Positions 36,127 through 49,689 of a DNA stretch of 64,000 nt are shown here, piece after piece. The DNA is taken from NCBI GenBank assembly GCA_951406725.2, contig OX597829.1, positions 53,940,001 through 54,004,000 on the forward strand. Reading direction: 5' to 3'. Below the pieces are notes generated by a model. That model was not told where the DNA came from. It did no database searches and worked only from the letters and a program-made list of their open reading frames with translations. Both the position numbers and the translations under genes were made by a program. This stretch comes from Octopus vulgaris (Eukaryota). Position 1 is the first letter of the stretch, and the number at the start of each line of letters is the position of its first letter.

Positions 36127-36665
36127 TCTTGTTTCAGTCATTTGACTGCGGTCATGCTGGAGCACTGCCTATAGGCAAGCAAATCAACATGAGGACTTAT
36201 TCTTTGTAAGCCTAGTACTTATTCTATCAGCCTCTTTTGCCAAACCACTAAGTTACGGTGATGTAAACACACCAGTATCGGTTGTGTCAAGTGATGTTGG
36301 GGAGACAAACACAGACACAAAAACATACACACACACACATTATATATATATATATATATATTATACATACATACGATGGACTTCTTTCCATTTCCATCTA
36401 CCAAATCCACTCACAAGTCTTTGGTCGACCCGAGGCTATTATATTAAAATTATGAAGGCTCATGGCTTAGCGGTTAGGGTATTCATCTTGGGGTTGTAAG
36501 GTTGTCATTTCAATTTTCAGTGGTATGTTGTGTCCTTGAGCAAGACACTTTATTCCATGTTGCTCCAATCCACTCATCTGTGCCCAAGGTGCCATACTGT
36601 GGGACTGAATCCAGAACCATGTAGTTGGGAAGCAAACTGCTTGCCACACAGCCACTCCTGTGCCT
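36127..36665 (-). mobile_element. SINE family A interrupted by a family-C head (36441-36580, +)
   Basis: The consensus GGCTATAGTAGAAGACACTTGCCCAAGG is split by about 140 bp. Confidence 0.8.
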
Positions 36666-36683
36666 ATATCTACAGTTTTAATG

Positions 36684-36717
<34 letters not shown>

Positions 36718-36719
36718 GA

Positions 36720-37035
36720 CACTGTCAGTTTCAGCAGTGGGGATTCCAGTTGATCAACAGAAGAGCCTGCTCTTGAAAATAATGTGCAAGTGGCTGAGCA
36801 CTCCACAGACACATGTACCCTTAATGTAGTTCTCAGACAGATTCAGCATGACACAGAATGTGACAAGGCTGACTCCTTTGGATTCCAAGTACAATTCATT
36901 TTTGTCAGATGAGTGGATTGGAGAAACGTGAAATAAAGTGTCTTGCTCAAGAGCACAATGCACCACTGAGAATTGAAATCACAACCTTACAATCATGAGA
37001 TGAATATCCTAACCACTTAGCCACAAGCCTTCATA
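36720..37035 (-). mobile_element. tRNA-derived SINE (family C head; tail shared with 56290-56460)
   Basis: CTTGAGCAAGACACTTT body and GTGGAGTGCTCAGCCACTT tail. Confidence 0.8.
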
Positions 37036-37786
37036 ATTTTAATCTGATTTATGACATATACCTAATATTTTCTTGTATAATCTTAGCCACACAATTTCTC
37101 ATAGTATATCAAATGGTATGTGACATGCTATACAAATGCTATATGACATGCTATACAATACCTTGAAGTATTACATGAGCGAGAGAGAGAAAGAGATATT
37201 AGTGTGGCACACAGTGAATTATTAATGAGGGAGGCTGTATGCATAAAATGAGAAAATAAAAAATGTTGAGCTTAATCTATTGGATATTTAATGTGAATCA
37301 ATATGAAAGGCCGTTCCTTCACACTATGAACTAAAAGAGAGGCCAAGTGTTAAAGAAGTCAGCTAAAGAATGCAGGAAAAACTGTGCAAGTACTGGACAA
37401 CATGAACTGAAAGTGTAAGGTGTTGATAGCGGAGGATCCGAATGCTTGATAACATTGGTAGGAATGATGAGGTGAAGTCAAAAAAATGCCGGTCTCAGAA
37501 ATGATATTTCTCAGGATCAAGTGTGGAGATATGCTGTAGAGCAAATCTGTATACAGCCTGTGGAAGCAGAGACAGACATTGAACAAGTGATCTCAATATT
37601 AATAATAACAATTTCTGATTTAAGAACAAGGTCAATGATTATGAGCAGAGATCAATACCAATCACCCCAGTACTTGAAGGGTACTTTATTTTACTGACCA
37701 TCCCACAGAGAGTAAAAGACAAGCCTGGCCTTGGGAGCAAAACATTAATTTTAACTGAAAGAAGCAAGAAAGGGAAAAAAAGTTAC

Positions 37787-37978
37787 CTTGCATAATTTAA
37801 TTTCCTTTGATGTTGCTAACCATTTCTTTCACACTGCAATTCGCTCTTAACATTCTTCTTGGTTATTATTTTAAAGTTTTCTTGGAATACACCTGAAGTA
37901 AATCTATTCTGCTGCAAGAAATTAAGAGCTCCCCAGTCCTTGATATTATCCATTTTCTCACAAGAGGAACTGTTGACT
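37787..37978 (-). other. Candidate upstream (5' UTR) exon of the kelch gene
   Basis: Non-repetitive 192 bp bounded by TGTGTTTTACAG| and CAAG|GTAACT on the gene's strand; no transcript evidence. Confidence 0.3.
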
Positions 37979-38519
37979 CTGTAAAACACAAATACATCAT
38001 TTTGAAAAAGCTTAAAAGAAATATAATATTTTTGTAAGTAAAACGAAAAACTAATTGAAAAGAAAAGCTAAGTTCTCTGAAAAAGAATTTTAAAAAAATA
38101 TACAAGTCCATTGGTCAATCCAAACACTGAAAGCAATATCTTGAGAGGAAATTGAACGACCAATGCAAGAGCCAAATCACCTGTATATATATCCATGTGA
38201 TCACTGTCTCAGGAACGAAATTTGCTTAAGGGGTGCAAAGTCAGGCCCCAAAAGTTTGACAAGTAAGGTTATAGTTTTTATTTATTTATGTTCTTTGTTC
38301 TTTGAGAAGAAACCTAATTCAAGGTACATTTTACAGATCACTGTTCTCTAAACCTGAGAAAAGTAAGTAGGGGTGCAGATTTTGATTTTGCACTCAACCA
38401 AAATTTTAGTGGGTGTGCTTGCACCCCCTGTTCACAAGATTATGCATCTATGTGATCACTGTACCCCACAACAAGTACCTCTCTTATCTAACACAGGAGG
38501 CACAAAGAACTTTCAAACT

Positions 38520-38560
<41 letters not shown>

Positions 38561-39289
38561 GACAGAATTTCTGCCTACCAAATCCACTCACAAGGCTTTG
38601 GTTTGCCCAAGGTTATAGTAGAAAACACTTGCCCAAAGTGCCATGCAGTAGGACTGAACCTGGAGTCATGTAATTGCAAAGCAAGCTCCTTACCCACTCA
38701 GCTGTTACTGATTAATTAGAAAGAAAAAAAATTTAGAAAAGAGAGTTCCACATTGCTATACAAGATTACATGTGAATATCAAGCAAAGAAGTTTCAGAGA
38801 TACAAATGTTTTTAAATGCCTTCATTTAGACCAGTTATGGAAACTTAAGAACAAAAAGTAACTGTCTACCAGAGATAAGAAAACAAACAAGCATGTGTGT
38901 GGATATGTGTGTGTGTGTATGTGGATGTGTGTGTGCATAGATGTAGGCACACACACACACACGCTGAATCACCCTCAACTTGGATATAAGTATCTTCAAA
39001 CTGAAATGTAAAAATAATTATTTTTCAACAAATTATTCGTTAAGTAGACCAAAGCTATGAAGAGAGAGAGAAATGAACAAACATTTAATCAAACAAAGAT
39101 TTATTTCAAACTAAAACTACAATACTTCTTTATATATAACAGTGCATATGTTTTTTCCTGAAATGAGAGTAACCATAACAATTGTTAGTTGTTCCTAATC
39201 TGAAGCACCCTTTATAACAGTTGGTCCCTGTGACTTATTGACTGGCACAACAAAACATAATTTTACTGGAAATTGTAAAAGAGCTTAAA

Positions 39290-39676
39290 ATCTGGCCTCT
39301 GTGCCGGTGGCACATAAAAAGCACCATCCATTCGTGGCCGTTGCCAGCCTCGCCTGGCCCCTGTGCCGGTGGCACGTAGCACCATCCGTTCGTGGCCGTT
39401 GCCAGCCTCGCCTGGCCCCCGTGCCAGTGGCACGTAAAAAGCACCATCCGTCCGTGGCCGTTTGCCAGCTCCATCTGGCACCTGTGCGGGTGGCACGTAA
39501 AAAGCACCCACTACACTCGCGGAGTGGTTGGTGTTAGGAAGGGCATCAAGCCGTAGAAACACTGCCAGATCTGACTGGGCCTGATGCAGCCTTCTGGCTT
39601 CATAGACCCCAGTTGAACCGTCCAACCCATGCTAACATGGAAAGCGGACGCTAAATGATGATGATGAAGATGATGA
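39290..39676 (+). mobile_element. RTE 3'-UTR-derived element
   Basis: Four tandem units plus (GAT)n tail. Confidence 0.85.
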
Positions 39677-39791
39677 TCTCTGATGTTATTAGAGGTATTT
39701 TAGAAATAAGATTATCTTCTCTTTTGCTGTAGCCAGTTTAAATGTTTAAGCCTGTATTTCAAGACATGAAGCATTTAAACTAAATGCTAAA

Positions 39792-40817
39792 CCTTTAGCA
39801 TTTAAACTGGCCATATCTGGTCTAAATATTCTACGAGTTTTATGTTCAAACTGGCCAGATCTGTTCTCTCACATCTACTCTATAATCATCATCATCACCA
39901 TCCAGTGTTTTAAATTTGGATTTTGTCCCCGTTAATGGGGGTGGCTGGATCTACCTCAATGCCATAGCAACCAATGTATGCAGGTGCAGCCTACTCCAAC
40001 CTTTGGGCTGGCTGGTGTCCATCTCCTTTGCTATCATGAAGCTTTTTTGGAGCTGAATTTTTCTATGGGGTGCATGCCCTTGCTTACCCTCAACCTCAGT
40101 TTCTAGACATGAGTGGTCCTGAGACCAAGGCCTCCACCATGATTTTTAAGAAATGTGGTGGAAAACTAGCTCAGGAAGGCAGGGATGTTACTCTATGAGA
40201 CCCCTTTTGGAGCCCTCCTACCTAGAATATCATTCTAAAAACTATTATATTTCAAAATCTCAAAGCAACAAGTTAATACGCGATATATTCAAATCAATGT
40301 AAACAAATAAGCCTTACATTTGACTGAATAATCTGAATGCTAAAGGGTTAATGCCTTTATTATTAATCTGGAACTATAGCAAAAATTAGGTTGAATTAAT
40401 TTCATTTAAAATATTATAGACATTCTAACTTTAACCTCTTTAGCATTCAGATTTCTCTATCAAATGTAATGCTTTCTTTATTCTCAATGTTTTCATTTAA
40501 TCATCATTATGTCATAGTTTTGAGATTTCAATGACGTAATTGTTTACTTTTAAAATAACATTGTAGGGTAGGTGTGAGAGGCCAGATATGACTGGTTTAA
40601 CCCTTTAGCGTTCAGGTTAGCATGTCAAGTGTAATACTTATTTCTTCATATTTTCAATTTATCATGTATTATCTCATAGCTTTGAGATTTTGATGATGTC
40701 ATTGTTTATTTTAAGAATGACTTTGTAGAAGAAATGTGAAAGGTCAGATTTGCCCAATTCCAATGTAAAACAAGTCGAATATTTGGGCCGAATAAGACCA
40801 ATTTAAATGCTAAAGGG
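39792..40817. mobile_element. Cluster of three piggyBac-like MITEs
   Basis: Copies at about 39792-40347 (with ~340-bp insert), 40435-40596 (truncated) and 40601-40817 (TTAA|CCCTTTAGCG...TGCTAAAGGG|TTAA). Confidence 0.8.
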
Positions 40818-41107
40818 TTAAGGTGTAGCTAAGGATGAGGCAATCCTTTAAGTTCTAAAGAATTTAGAAACTGTTGGATACATAACTTCATTTTCATCAA
40901 TAACTGTATCATTTGAGGGAAAGGTATGTTATTGGTGAAAAAGAATAAAAAGTGGAATTTTTTTTTTTAGAAAGGATAAAGCAATACTGTTTGACTTAAT
41001 TTTTTTTTATTATTAAATTATAATTAAACTGTCCATGCGAAACTACATTCAGTTTTCATTTGTCTTGAAGAAAGTCAAGAACGTCATAATCTAAGGGAGA
41101 AAACTTT

Positions 41108-41389
41108 GGTGCCACTTTAGCATGATTATTTGCACTTTAGTATTATCTAACTCCCTTAACCTGTGAACTTAATGCTAACCCTAAACACTAACACTTAACT
41201 CTAATCCTAACACTAACCCTAACTCTGATACTTAACTAATCCTAACACTAAACTTGAGCAACCCCTAACCCTAACATGTAACTCTAACCCTAAATTTAAC
41301 CCTAACCCCCAGCCCTATTCAACACAGATCAGGTCATTTCACAGCATAGACTATGGATACAGTGGTAGACTGCATGCTAAAGTAATACC
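41108..41389. mobile_element. Merlin-like MITE filled with degenerate (CCCTAA)n
   Basis: TIR GGTGCCACTTTAGCATG / CATGCTAAAGTAATACC; 8-bp TSD AAAACTTT at 41100-41107 and 41390-41397. Confidence 0.7.
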
Positions 41390-41574
41390 AAAACTTTCAT
41401 GCCTTCCTCTATTTATTATTTACTGTAATATAATTAGCAATAGTCAATTATTAATTTCATAATTTTATTACAACATAAGAACAAAATAAATAGCATAATT
41501 AAATTTTTTGGTAAAGAGACGGATATCTAAGCTATTTTTATTAAATTTATAAGTTCAACTGTTTGGGTTTCTAT

Positions 41575-41862
41575 GAAGGATCCCCTTCAGTCATGACTGA
41601 CCATGGGATCACATCTAGAAAGTTCCCCTCCAAGGTACAAGTCCAGGCTAAGTTCTTTATGGAAGACCAGCAGTCACCCATGCATACCAGCCTCCCATCT
41701 CCATCCAAGAGAAAGATAAAGGCTGATACAGCTGAGTGAACTAGAGGAATGTGAAATAAAGTGTCTTGCTCAAGAACACAACACACAACCCAGTCTGGGA
41801 ATCGAACTCACAACCTCATGATTGTGAGTCCAAAGCTCTAACCACTGAGCCATATGCCTTCA
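41575..41862 (-). mobile_element. SINE family C
   Basis: Reverse homolog of 9732-10072. Confidence 0.8.
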
Positions 41863-41934
41863 CTCGAATTTCTATAGCAATCAAACAAACTTCCTTTTGT
41901 GTGCGTGCATGTATATATACATTCCAAAATGTAA

Positions 41935-42120
41935 CTACATGTGGATTGTTGGCCATTTTTTCCCTCCATCTTCCATTTCTCTTGGACTTTTCCGTCTCCT
42001 GTTCCTGAAGAAGAGCTTTGCTTGAAATGTGAAACACCCTTTCTTTCCTTCCCTGAGTGTCTCATTAATACTTTGCATGTACCACGTCATCGCATTGTGT
42101 TTTTCCTTCATTTAAAAAAA
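41935..42120 (+). mobile_element. pLTR-like repeat with degenerate hammerhead (42000-42036)
   Basis: TGTTC-CTGAAGA-aGAGCtttGCTT-GAAA-TG-TG-AAACA; homologous to 50690-50865. Confidence 0.65.
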
Positions 42121-42257
42121 ATATATTATATATATACATATATATATATATTTAAGTAGGTGAATGAATTATCCTATGTTTATTGTCAGCATGTCTTCGA
42201 AACATGTGTCGAGAGTAAAGGAATTTTGTTAACATCTTCGTTCGACTACATTCTTTC

Positions 42258-42294
<37 letters not shown>

Positions 42295-43269
42295 TTTTAA
42301 TATCCACTCTTCCATGCTTGCATGGAGTGGATGAAATTTGAGGCAGATTTTCTACAGTTGGATGATCTTCCTGTCACCAACTCTCACCTGTTTACCAGTA
42401 AGGTGATATTTCCCCCTGGAATAACACTGCTTTAAAGACAGTGGCAATCATTTATAACTATCATATAATATCAAAATAAAGAGAGACAAATATACACAGA
42501 CTCACACACACTCTATGCACGAGCTAATACTGAACAGTGAGGAGTGCTCAACATCGCATAAGTTGATAGATATTGTTTATTTATGGGTCAACAAGGCTAC
42601 CATTTGTTTCATGTAAAGAGATCTCCATGATTGTTCAAGCATGCCACATGGAAGTGTTGGTACTCGTCTCCATTTTGGATGAGAATACACAAGGTTACAC
42701 GAGACTGAATGGGATTTTGACATACATATACAAATCACGGAAAGTAACTAATAGGAATACCTCAATTGTCATCTCCTTTGCAATAACCCTGGATTTTTGC
42801 AAGAAATTACATTCATCATAGATTAATTAATTCACTAATTATCTTATTTGAAAATGCTCTTGCATACCCATATTTATAAAAATATACATGTATGTATACA
42901 TACAAATATAAAAATTATAAACTTACAAAAAACAGACACACACACACAGATATGTTCCCTACACAATGTCAAGTGTTACAGAATACCTGGATTTCAAAGA
43001 CCAGGTGTATATAAATATACAAGAATATTATGGTATGGATGGGTTCATGACCTGACACTTGGCAGGACCAATCTCATAAACACATATGTAGCATAGCTAC
43101 CAATAAGTCATCTATATGTTTCAATAGAATTAAATACAGAAGACAAATGTATAGATTTACGCAAACAACACACATATACATACATACTATATAGGTAAGA
43201 GCAGAGAGGAAGGACAATTAGGCAAGACATGACAAAGACATTTAATTTAATTTAATCTAAGTTACATAA

Positions 43270-43532
43270 TCATCATCATCATCATCGTTTAACGTTCGCT
43301 TTCCATGCTAGCATGGGTTGGACGGTTCAACTGGGGTCTGGGAAGTCCGAAGGCTGCACCAGGCCAGTCAGATCTGGCGATGTTTCTACAGCTGGATGCC
43401 CTTCCTAACGCCAACCACTCCATGAGTGTAGTGGGTGCTTTTTATGTGCCACCGACACAGGTGCCAGACGAGGCTGGTGAACGGCCACGCTTGGATGGTG
43501 TTTTTTACGTGCCACCGGCACAGAGGCCAGGC
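43270..43532 (-). mobile_element. RTE 3'-UTR-derived element
   Basis: (CAT)n plus tail plus two units. Confidence 0.85.
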
Positions 43533-43749
43533 GAAAAAATAGCAAATACTTTTTACCATTTGTTATGTAGCTAAATTAGATTGAATTAAATTAAATGTCC
43601 TTGTCCTGCCTTGCCTAACTCTTTGCCTTTCCCCCTCACCACATTAACCAATAAATACTGGCTCGAAGTGAAGCCACCTTTAGCTGTTTTGCACAATGCA
43701 ATCACATAACTACAACTTCAACTGCTGCTCAAACTGGAATTTTGGTGAC

Positions 43750-43860
43750 ACACCTATTTGAGCACTCAGAACACATACCTGTCAGTTTGAGTCAACCAGA
43801 CCCAGAACACATACCTATCAGCTTGAGCACTCAGAACACATACCTATCAGTTTGAGTCAA
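43750..43860 (+). repeat. Minisatellite, about 3 units of CAGAACACATACCTRTCAGYTTGAG
   Basis: Seen directly, immediately 5' of the RTE truncation point. Confidence 0.8.
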
Positions 43861-45395
43861 GTTGTTGGATCAAGTAATGAAGGTCACAGAGATTAGGGAG
43901 ACAGTCAGTCCAGATGAGATGCAGTTTGGGTTCATGCCAGGAGAAAGCCCCACTGATGCTATATTTCTGGTAAGACAGCTGCAGGAGAAATACCTAGCTA
44001 AAGATAAACCTCAGTACCTGGCTTTTGTTGACATGGAGAAAGCCTTTGACAGGGTCCCCCGATCCCTTATCTGGTGGTCAATGAGGAAACTAAGGATAGA
44101 TGAATGGTTAATAAGAGCTGTGCAAGCCATGTACAGGGATGCTGTCAGTAAGGTGAGGGTTGGAAACGAGTATAATGAAGATTTCCGAATAGGGGTAGGA
44201 GTCCACCAAGGATCAGTCCTCAGCCCCCTCTTATTCATCATAGTCTTCCAGGCAATAACAGAGGATTTCAAGACAGGATGCCTCTGGGAGCTCCTCTATG
44301 CTGATGACCTCTAATTGCTCTAATTGCTGAGTCACTATCAGAACTAGAGGAAAAGTTTCAGGTGTGGAAGTAAGGATTAGAAAGGCCTTAGAGTCAACCT
44401 AGCTAAAACTAAAGTCTTAAGTAGGAAGGCAGACAAATCACAAATCCCTTCAGGTAGATGGCCGTTTGATCTGTAGAAAAGGCATAGGTAGAAATTCCAT
44501 AAGATGTACCCAGTGTAAGCTATGGACACATAAGAGGTGCAGCAATATCAAAGGAAGGCTAACTGGGAAGATAGTTCTTGATGTGGCAAATGCTCAGGTG
44601 CTATAAACACTGAAAATGTGCAGAGAACAGCTTCTGTCACATTCCAGGGAGAAAAACTAGAAGTAGTTGATAGTTAGGGGACCAAGTCAGTAGCTGGGGT
44701 GGATGCTCTGAAAGTGTAGTGGCTAGAATAAGAATAGCCTGGGCAAAGTTCGGAGCTACTACCTCTGCTTGTGACAAAGAGCCTCTCGCTCAAAGTAAAA
44801 GATAGACTGTATGACGCTTGTGTACAAACAGCCATGCTACATGGCAGTGAAACATGGGCCGTGACCGCTGAGGACATGCGTAAGCTTGCAAAGAATGAAG
44901 CCAGTATGCTCTGCTGGATGTGAAATGTCAGTGTGCATACATGACAGAGTATAAGCACCCTAAGAGAAAAGTTGGATTTAAGAAGCATCAGATGTGGTGT
45001 GCACTGGTATGGTCATGTGTTGCAAATGAATGAGGACAGCTGTGTGAAAAAGTGTCACAGCCTAGCAGTTGAGGGAACCTGTGGAAGAGGTTGACCCAGG
45101 AAAACCTGGGATGAGGTGGTGAAGCACAACCTTCGAACATTGGGTCTTACTGAGGCAATGACTAGTAACCGGGACCTTTGGAGATATGCTGTGCTTGAGA
45201 AGACCCAACAAGACAAGTGAGACTATAGCCCGTAGCCTATGCCAGTGGGTGTAAGCAGCCCATTTATGAATACCCCTCATGCATTGGACAATAAACCTTG
45301 CTTGTGAAGACCTATTGAGGTGGGTGAAATCAAAATCAAAATTGCTGTTGTGGCTGATGATAGTACTGCCTGATTGGCACTTGTAATGATGATGA
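43861..45395 (+). mobile_element. 5'-truncated RTE LINE
   Basis: QFGF, FVDMEKAFDRVP, GVHQGSVLSPLLF, YADDL, PHD-like insert and C-terminus; multiple stops. Confidence 0.92.
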
Positions 45396-45484
45396 TATAT
45401 ATATATATATTGGGTCATCCTATAAATATGTTTTTTTATACTTCTTTTATTTTTCAAAATTAAGATAAACAAAGTTCTTTTTTT

Positions 45485-45720
45485 AATCTAAATTATACTC
45501 TCCTTCATTTTCTACAATGTTCTTCCATCTATCTGGTAGACTTGCAAGGCCCTTCTTCTAAAATTCACTTGTCCAGGATGAAAAATACTCCTCCAGTACT
45601 ATTCTGACTTTATCTACAGAATTCATATTTTTTTCCATCCAAATGATTTTGAAGAATGTGGAATAAATGATAATCAGATAGGGCAATGTCTGGCGATCAT
45701 GGTGGGTGGGGCATCAAACT
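45485..45720 (-). mobile_element. mariner transposase C-terminal fossil
   Basis: PHPP*SPDIALSDYHLFHILQNHLDGKK ... EEYFSS....F..G...LPDRWKNIVENEG. Confidence 0.75.
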
Positions 45721-46194
45721 GCTCCAGCCTTTGGAATGTCATCCTTACTGTATTTTACCAGATTCTTTTGCTCGACTGCTAACTCACAGAGACGAAAACA
45801 TGCCAACACTGGTTGTTAAGCAGTATGGGAGCAAATAGAAACACAAAAGTCATATCCATATGTATTGCATATGGGTATGACTTTAAACTGCATCCCTTAG
45901 TGAGACTCTGGTTTGGTAGTTCCAAGTATTTGAGGAGAGTGGAACCACCTACCTCTTAGCCAATATTGTTCTCAAGACTACTCCAACCCAGAGTAGTGGC
46001 ACCTATCAGGGTCTCCACTATGGGTTAACCTACATTCAAGTTTTGAATGTTTTTCAGCCATTTCCAGAGTATAATATGCTTGCTGATGAAATTCTCTATT
46101 TTTCAAGTAACCATTGTCTTATCTGTAAGAAGGGAAAGCCATTAATGAAAGCATCTTTTGTATTGCTCAGCAGTTATTGCTTTATTTACAATCC

Positions 46195-46408
46195 GTTCCT
46201 AAGAGCATTTAATCCAGCCATATCTGGCCAAAATATTCTACCTGCTTAATGTTAAAATCGACCAAGTCCAACCTCTCACACCTATCCTACAATGTCATAC
46301 TAAAAATGGACAAACACACTATTGAAACCTTAAAGCTGTAAGATTAATTCAAAACAATGTTAATAAATAAGCAATACAATTCACAAAGAAGTTTGAATGC
46401 TTAAAGGG
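46195..46408. mobile_element. piggyBac-like MITE copy
   Basis: Ends GAATGCTTAAAGGG|TTAA; body as in the 39792 copy. Confidence 0.65.
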
Positions 46409-49059
46409 TTAATGTTTGTAAATATTTGCCAAGTGGTTCATTAAACTCTTGTTGAAAAGTAGCCAAAACATGCTGCACATACACCTCATTTTTAGGATTG
46501 ATGTATATAGCTTGCTGGCCGTTTATAGCCACAACATACACACAACACTTATACAAGACATTACATGATTCAATAATTTTAGGAATTTGCAAAGTCATAG
46601 ATTTTTACAATATTCAGAACCTGTAGAAACTCCATAAATGATAAGATACACATACATCCTCAAACTGCAAGTGTGCGTCATGCATTGTATACATTATAAC
46701 ATGAATATATTTACATATCTATACATACAAATTTACAAAAATACACTTATTTAAATATAAAATGGGTTCACATATGTTTTCATATAGTCTGTGTTATTTG
46801 CAAAATATTTAAGCTAAATGAAGGGAAATAAAAATAAGTCATTGAATGAGTTGCCTCCCCTAATCAGTAAATTTTTTTAAAGTCTTGTATACTCTTGTAT
46901 AACCTCATGGAATCTCATCCAAAATGGACACGATTACCAATCTCAAGAATTGAAATGCTTGAATAAATTAAATTTTTTACACATGAAACCATTGTTAATT
47001 CACAAATAAAGTGTATACACACACACACACAGACACATACATGTCCTGCATTAGTTTCCTCCTTATCATCAGGTGAGGAAACTACAATGACACACTAAGC
47101 GAAAGAGCAAATTTCCCAAGCAAATTTGCTGTGTCTGGAGAGGAAACAACACCAGAAAATCTCGTGGAACTGAAACTAGAAACGTCCCGTTGTTTAACTC
47201 AACATTTAGTTTGAACGTTAGGACTAATAAAGGTAGAGAATTTTAAAATTTAGTATCTAAGCAATATTCCCTGGGATCATATTATAGAACATTTAACATA
47301 AACTCTGAAGGTTAGCTATTCTTGTTGAGAAAACATCATTGTGTAAGTTAACCATGTTAGTAAGCTCAACAAACCTAATGAATATGATAATGAACCTAAA
47401 TGTAATTACAAATATCCTGGTGGTTGCCCTTTAAATGGCAATTACCTGATTAAATGAGTTGTATATATAGGTCTAAGATAACGATTGATGATATCCATAT
47501 ATGCAATACTTAATCTGAGATTATGGAAAACAGCTTCAAAATGAGACTTCATTTACACAAGAATTCTTTCATACACCTACAGAACAAGTCAACAAGGTTA
47601 TCAAAATACATATGGCAATTAAAAGAAACTGGTTCTACCCACTTTAAGGTACAATAGTTTATCTTAGAAAAAAAAACCAACATATAAAGACATGTATCAA
47701 ATTAGAATTCTGTAAGACATCTATTGTGCATGAATTAAAAGTACTTTATCGTGTCCCAAGATAATCTGCATCAAACTGAAAATCTGATCTTTTTAGTAGT
47801 TGTAAACACTCTTCAAAATTCTTGATTTCTAGACTACTACCACCAAATGGTGTATAGCTTATATAAGCTATGCCAATTATTATTGCTCTATTTTATTTAT
47901 TCATTAGTTTAACATAACTCAGTATTTGTTGGATACTTCTCCTTTACTTCCATCAAATTCATTTATCTTTTACTTTAGTCATCTGACTGCAGCCATGCTG
48001 GGGCACTACCTTGAGGGATTTTAGTCAAATAAATCAGTCCCAGGACTTCTTTTTTAAAGCTTAGCACTTATTCTATTGGTTTCTTTAGCCAAATTGCTAA
48101 GGTACATCATTATCATCATTGCTTAACATCTACCTTCCGTGATAGAATTGGTGGGACAGTTTGACAGGAGCTGACCAGACAGAAGACTGCACCAGACTTC
48201 TGTGTCTGTTTTTACGGCTGGATGCCCTTCCTAACACCAACCAACCTGCAGAGTGGGTTGAGTTGTTTTTTTATCTGGTACAAACACAGGAGAGGTCAGT
48301 TTTGGAATGATTTTTACACCTGGCTGTCCTTCCAAATGCCAGCCATTTTACAATGTGGACTCGATGCTTTTCACGTGGCACCAGCACTGGCAGGGTCACC
48401 AAGTAACTTGCAAGGCAAAGAACCTATGATAGGGGAGTGGGTATTGGAGGAGGTGACCTTGTGTGACAGAGAGACAGAAACAAGTACCTTGCCGTAGAGG
48501 AGATACATGGTTACCTGGTCAGAGAGGGTGAGAGAGAGAGAAAGAGAGAGCGTGGGGGAGAATGATCAAGAATGAAGACAGAACAGGTGAACTGCTATAA
48601 AGGAGATACATGATTACCCAGCCAGAGGGAAAGTAAAAGAGAGAGCAGGAAAGAGATGGTGAAGTGTTAGGGCATACTCACAAGCAACAGGGATCAGAAC
48701 ATAGATTTGATGGTGGAGTGAAGGAAGAGAGAGATAGATAGTGGCAAGTGCCAGGGCATACCCTCAAGGTACAGAGGTCATAATATAAGTGGCAGAGTAT
48801 TGCCAAAAAAGGTATGATTGGGGGTGTGGAAGGCAGTGGCCAGTGGGAACCTGGGCATATAGAGGGGGAGGGAATAGCAATGACACAGTGAGCAGGACAG
48901 TGATGATAAGATTGGGGAGTGGGAGATAATCATTGTGTATGAAGGAGGAAATGTGAGGAAGAGAAGAGATGCAGTTTGGTTTGTCGGGGTGGGGTGTGTG
49001 AAAATTTTATGGTTATGTGTGTGGGTGGGACACAATGCTTTTAGAACTTGGTTTTGCTG

Positions 49060-49545
49060 ATATGGGCGGGTTTTCTCTAGAACTTCATATTGCCAGATAT
49101 CTTTGTCTATTGTCATTTCCCCCATAAGCTCTACCACCCTGAGATTGGTCCTTGTCACTTCATCCCATGTCTTCCTGGGTCTCCCTCTTCTGCAGGTACC
49201 ATCCACAGTGACCAGAACTTCTTTATACAGTTGTCCTCGTTCATAAGCATCACATGTCTAAACCAATGTAGTCTCCGCTCTTGCATAGTGCATTTGATTC
49301 CCTCTTGTGCCCAACTTTTCTCTCAACACATTTGCACTTTGTCGTTAATGCACACTGATGTTGCACTTCCAGCAGAGCATATTGCCCTCATTCCTCTCTA
49401 GTCTATGCATGTCATCTTCATTCAGAGCCCATGTCTCACTACCATGGAGTACAGCTGTTCATACACAAGCATCATACAATCTACCTATCACTTCTGCCAA
49501 CAGAAGTAATAGGTCTCTGAACTTCCTTCATCCTATTCCTATTCT
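49060..49545 (-). mobile_element. Old RTE C-terminal fragment
   Basis: LHGSETWAL and DGTCRRGRPRKTWDEV. Confidence 0.75.
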
Positions 49546-49613
49546 AGTGTTGGGGACATAAACACACCAACATCAGTTGTCAAGAGGTGGGGGGGACAAA
49601 CAGACATAAAGAC

Positions 49614-49688
<75 letters not shown>

Positions 49689-49689
49689 C

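Noticed and set aside
38195-38465. Possible hAT-like MITE bounded by a repeated TGTGATCACTGT
   Set aside because: TIRs are too degenerate to support a call.
39295-39510. CRISPR-like repeat-spacer look of the ~60-bp units
   Set aside because: The 'spacers' are homologous to each other, the array is part of an RTE 3' UTR, the context is eukaryotic and there are no cas genes.
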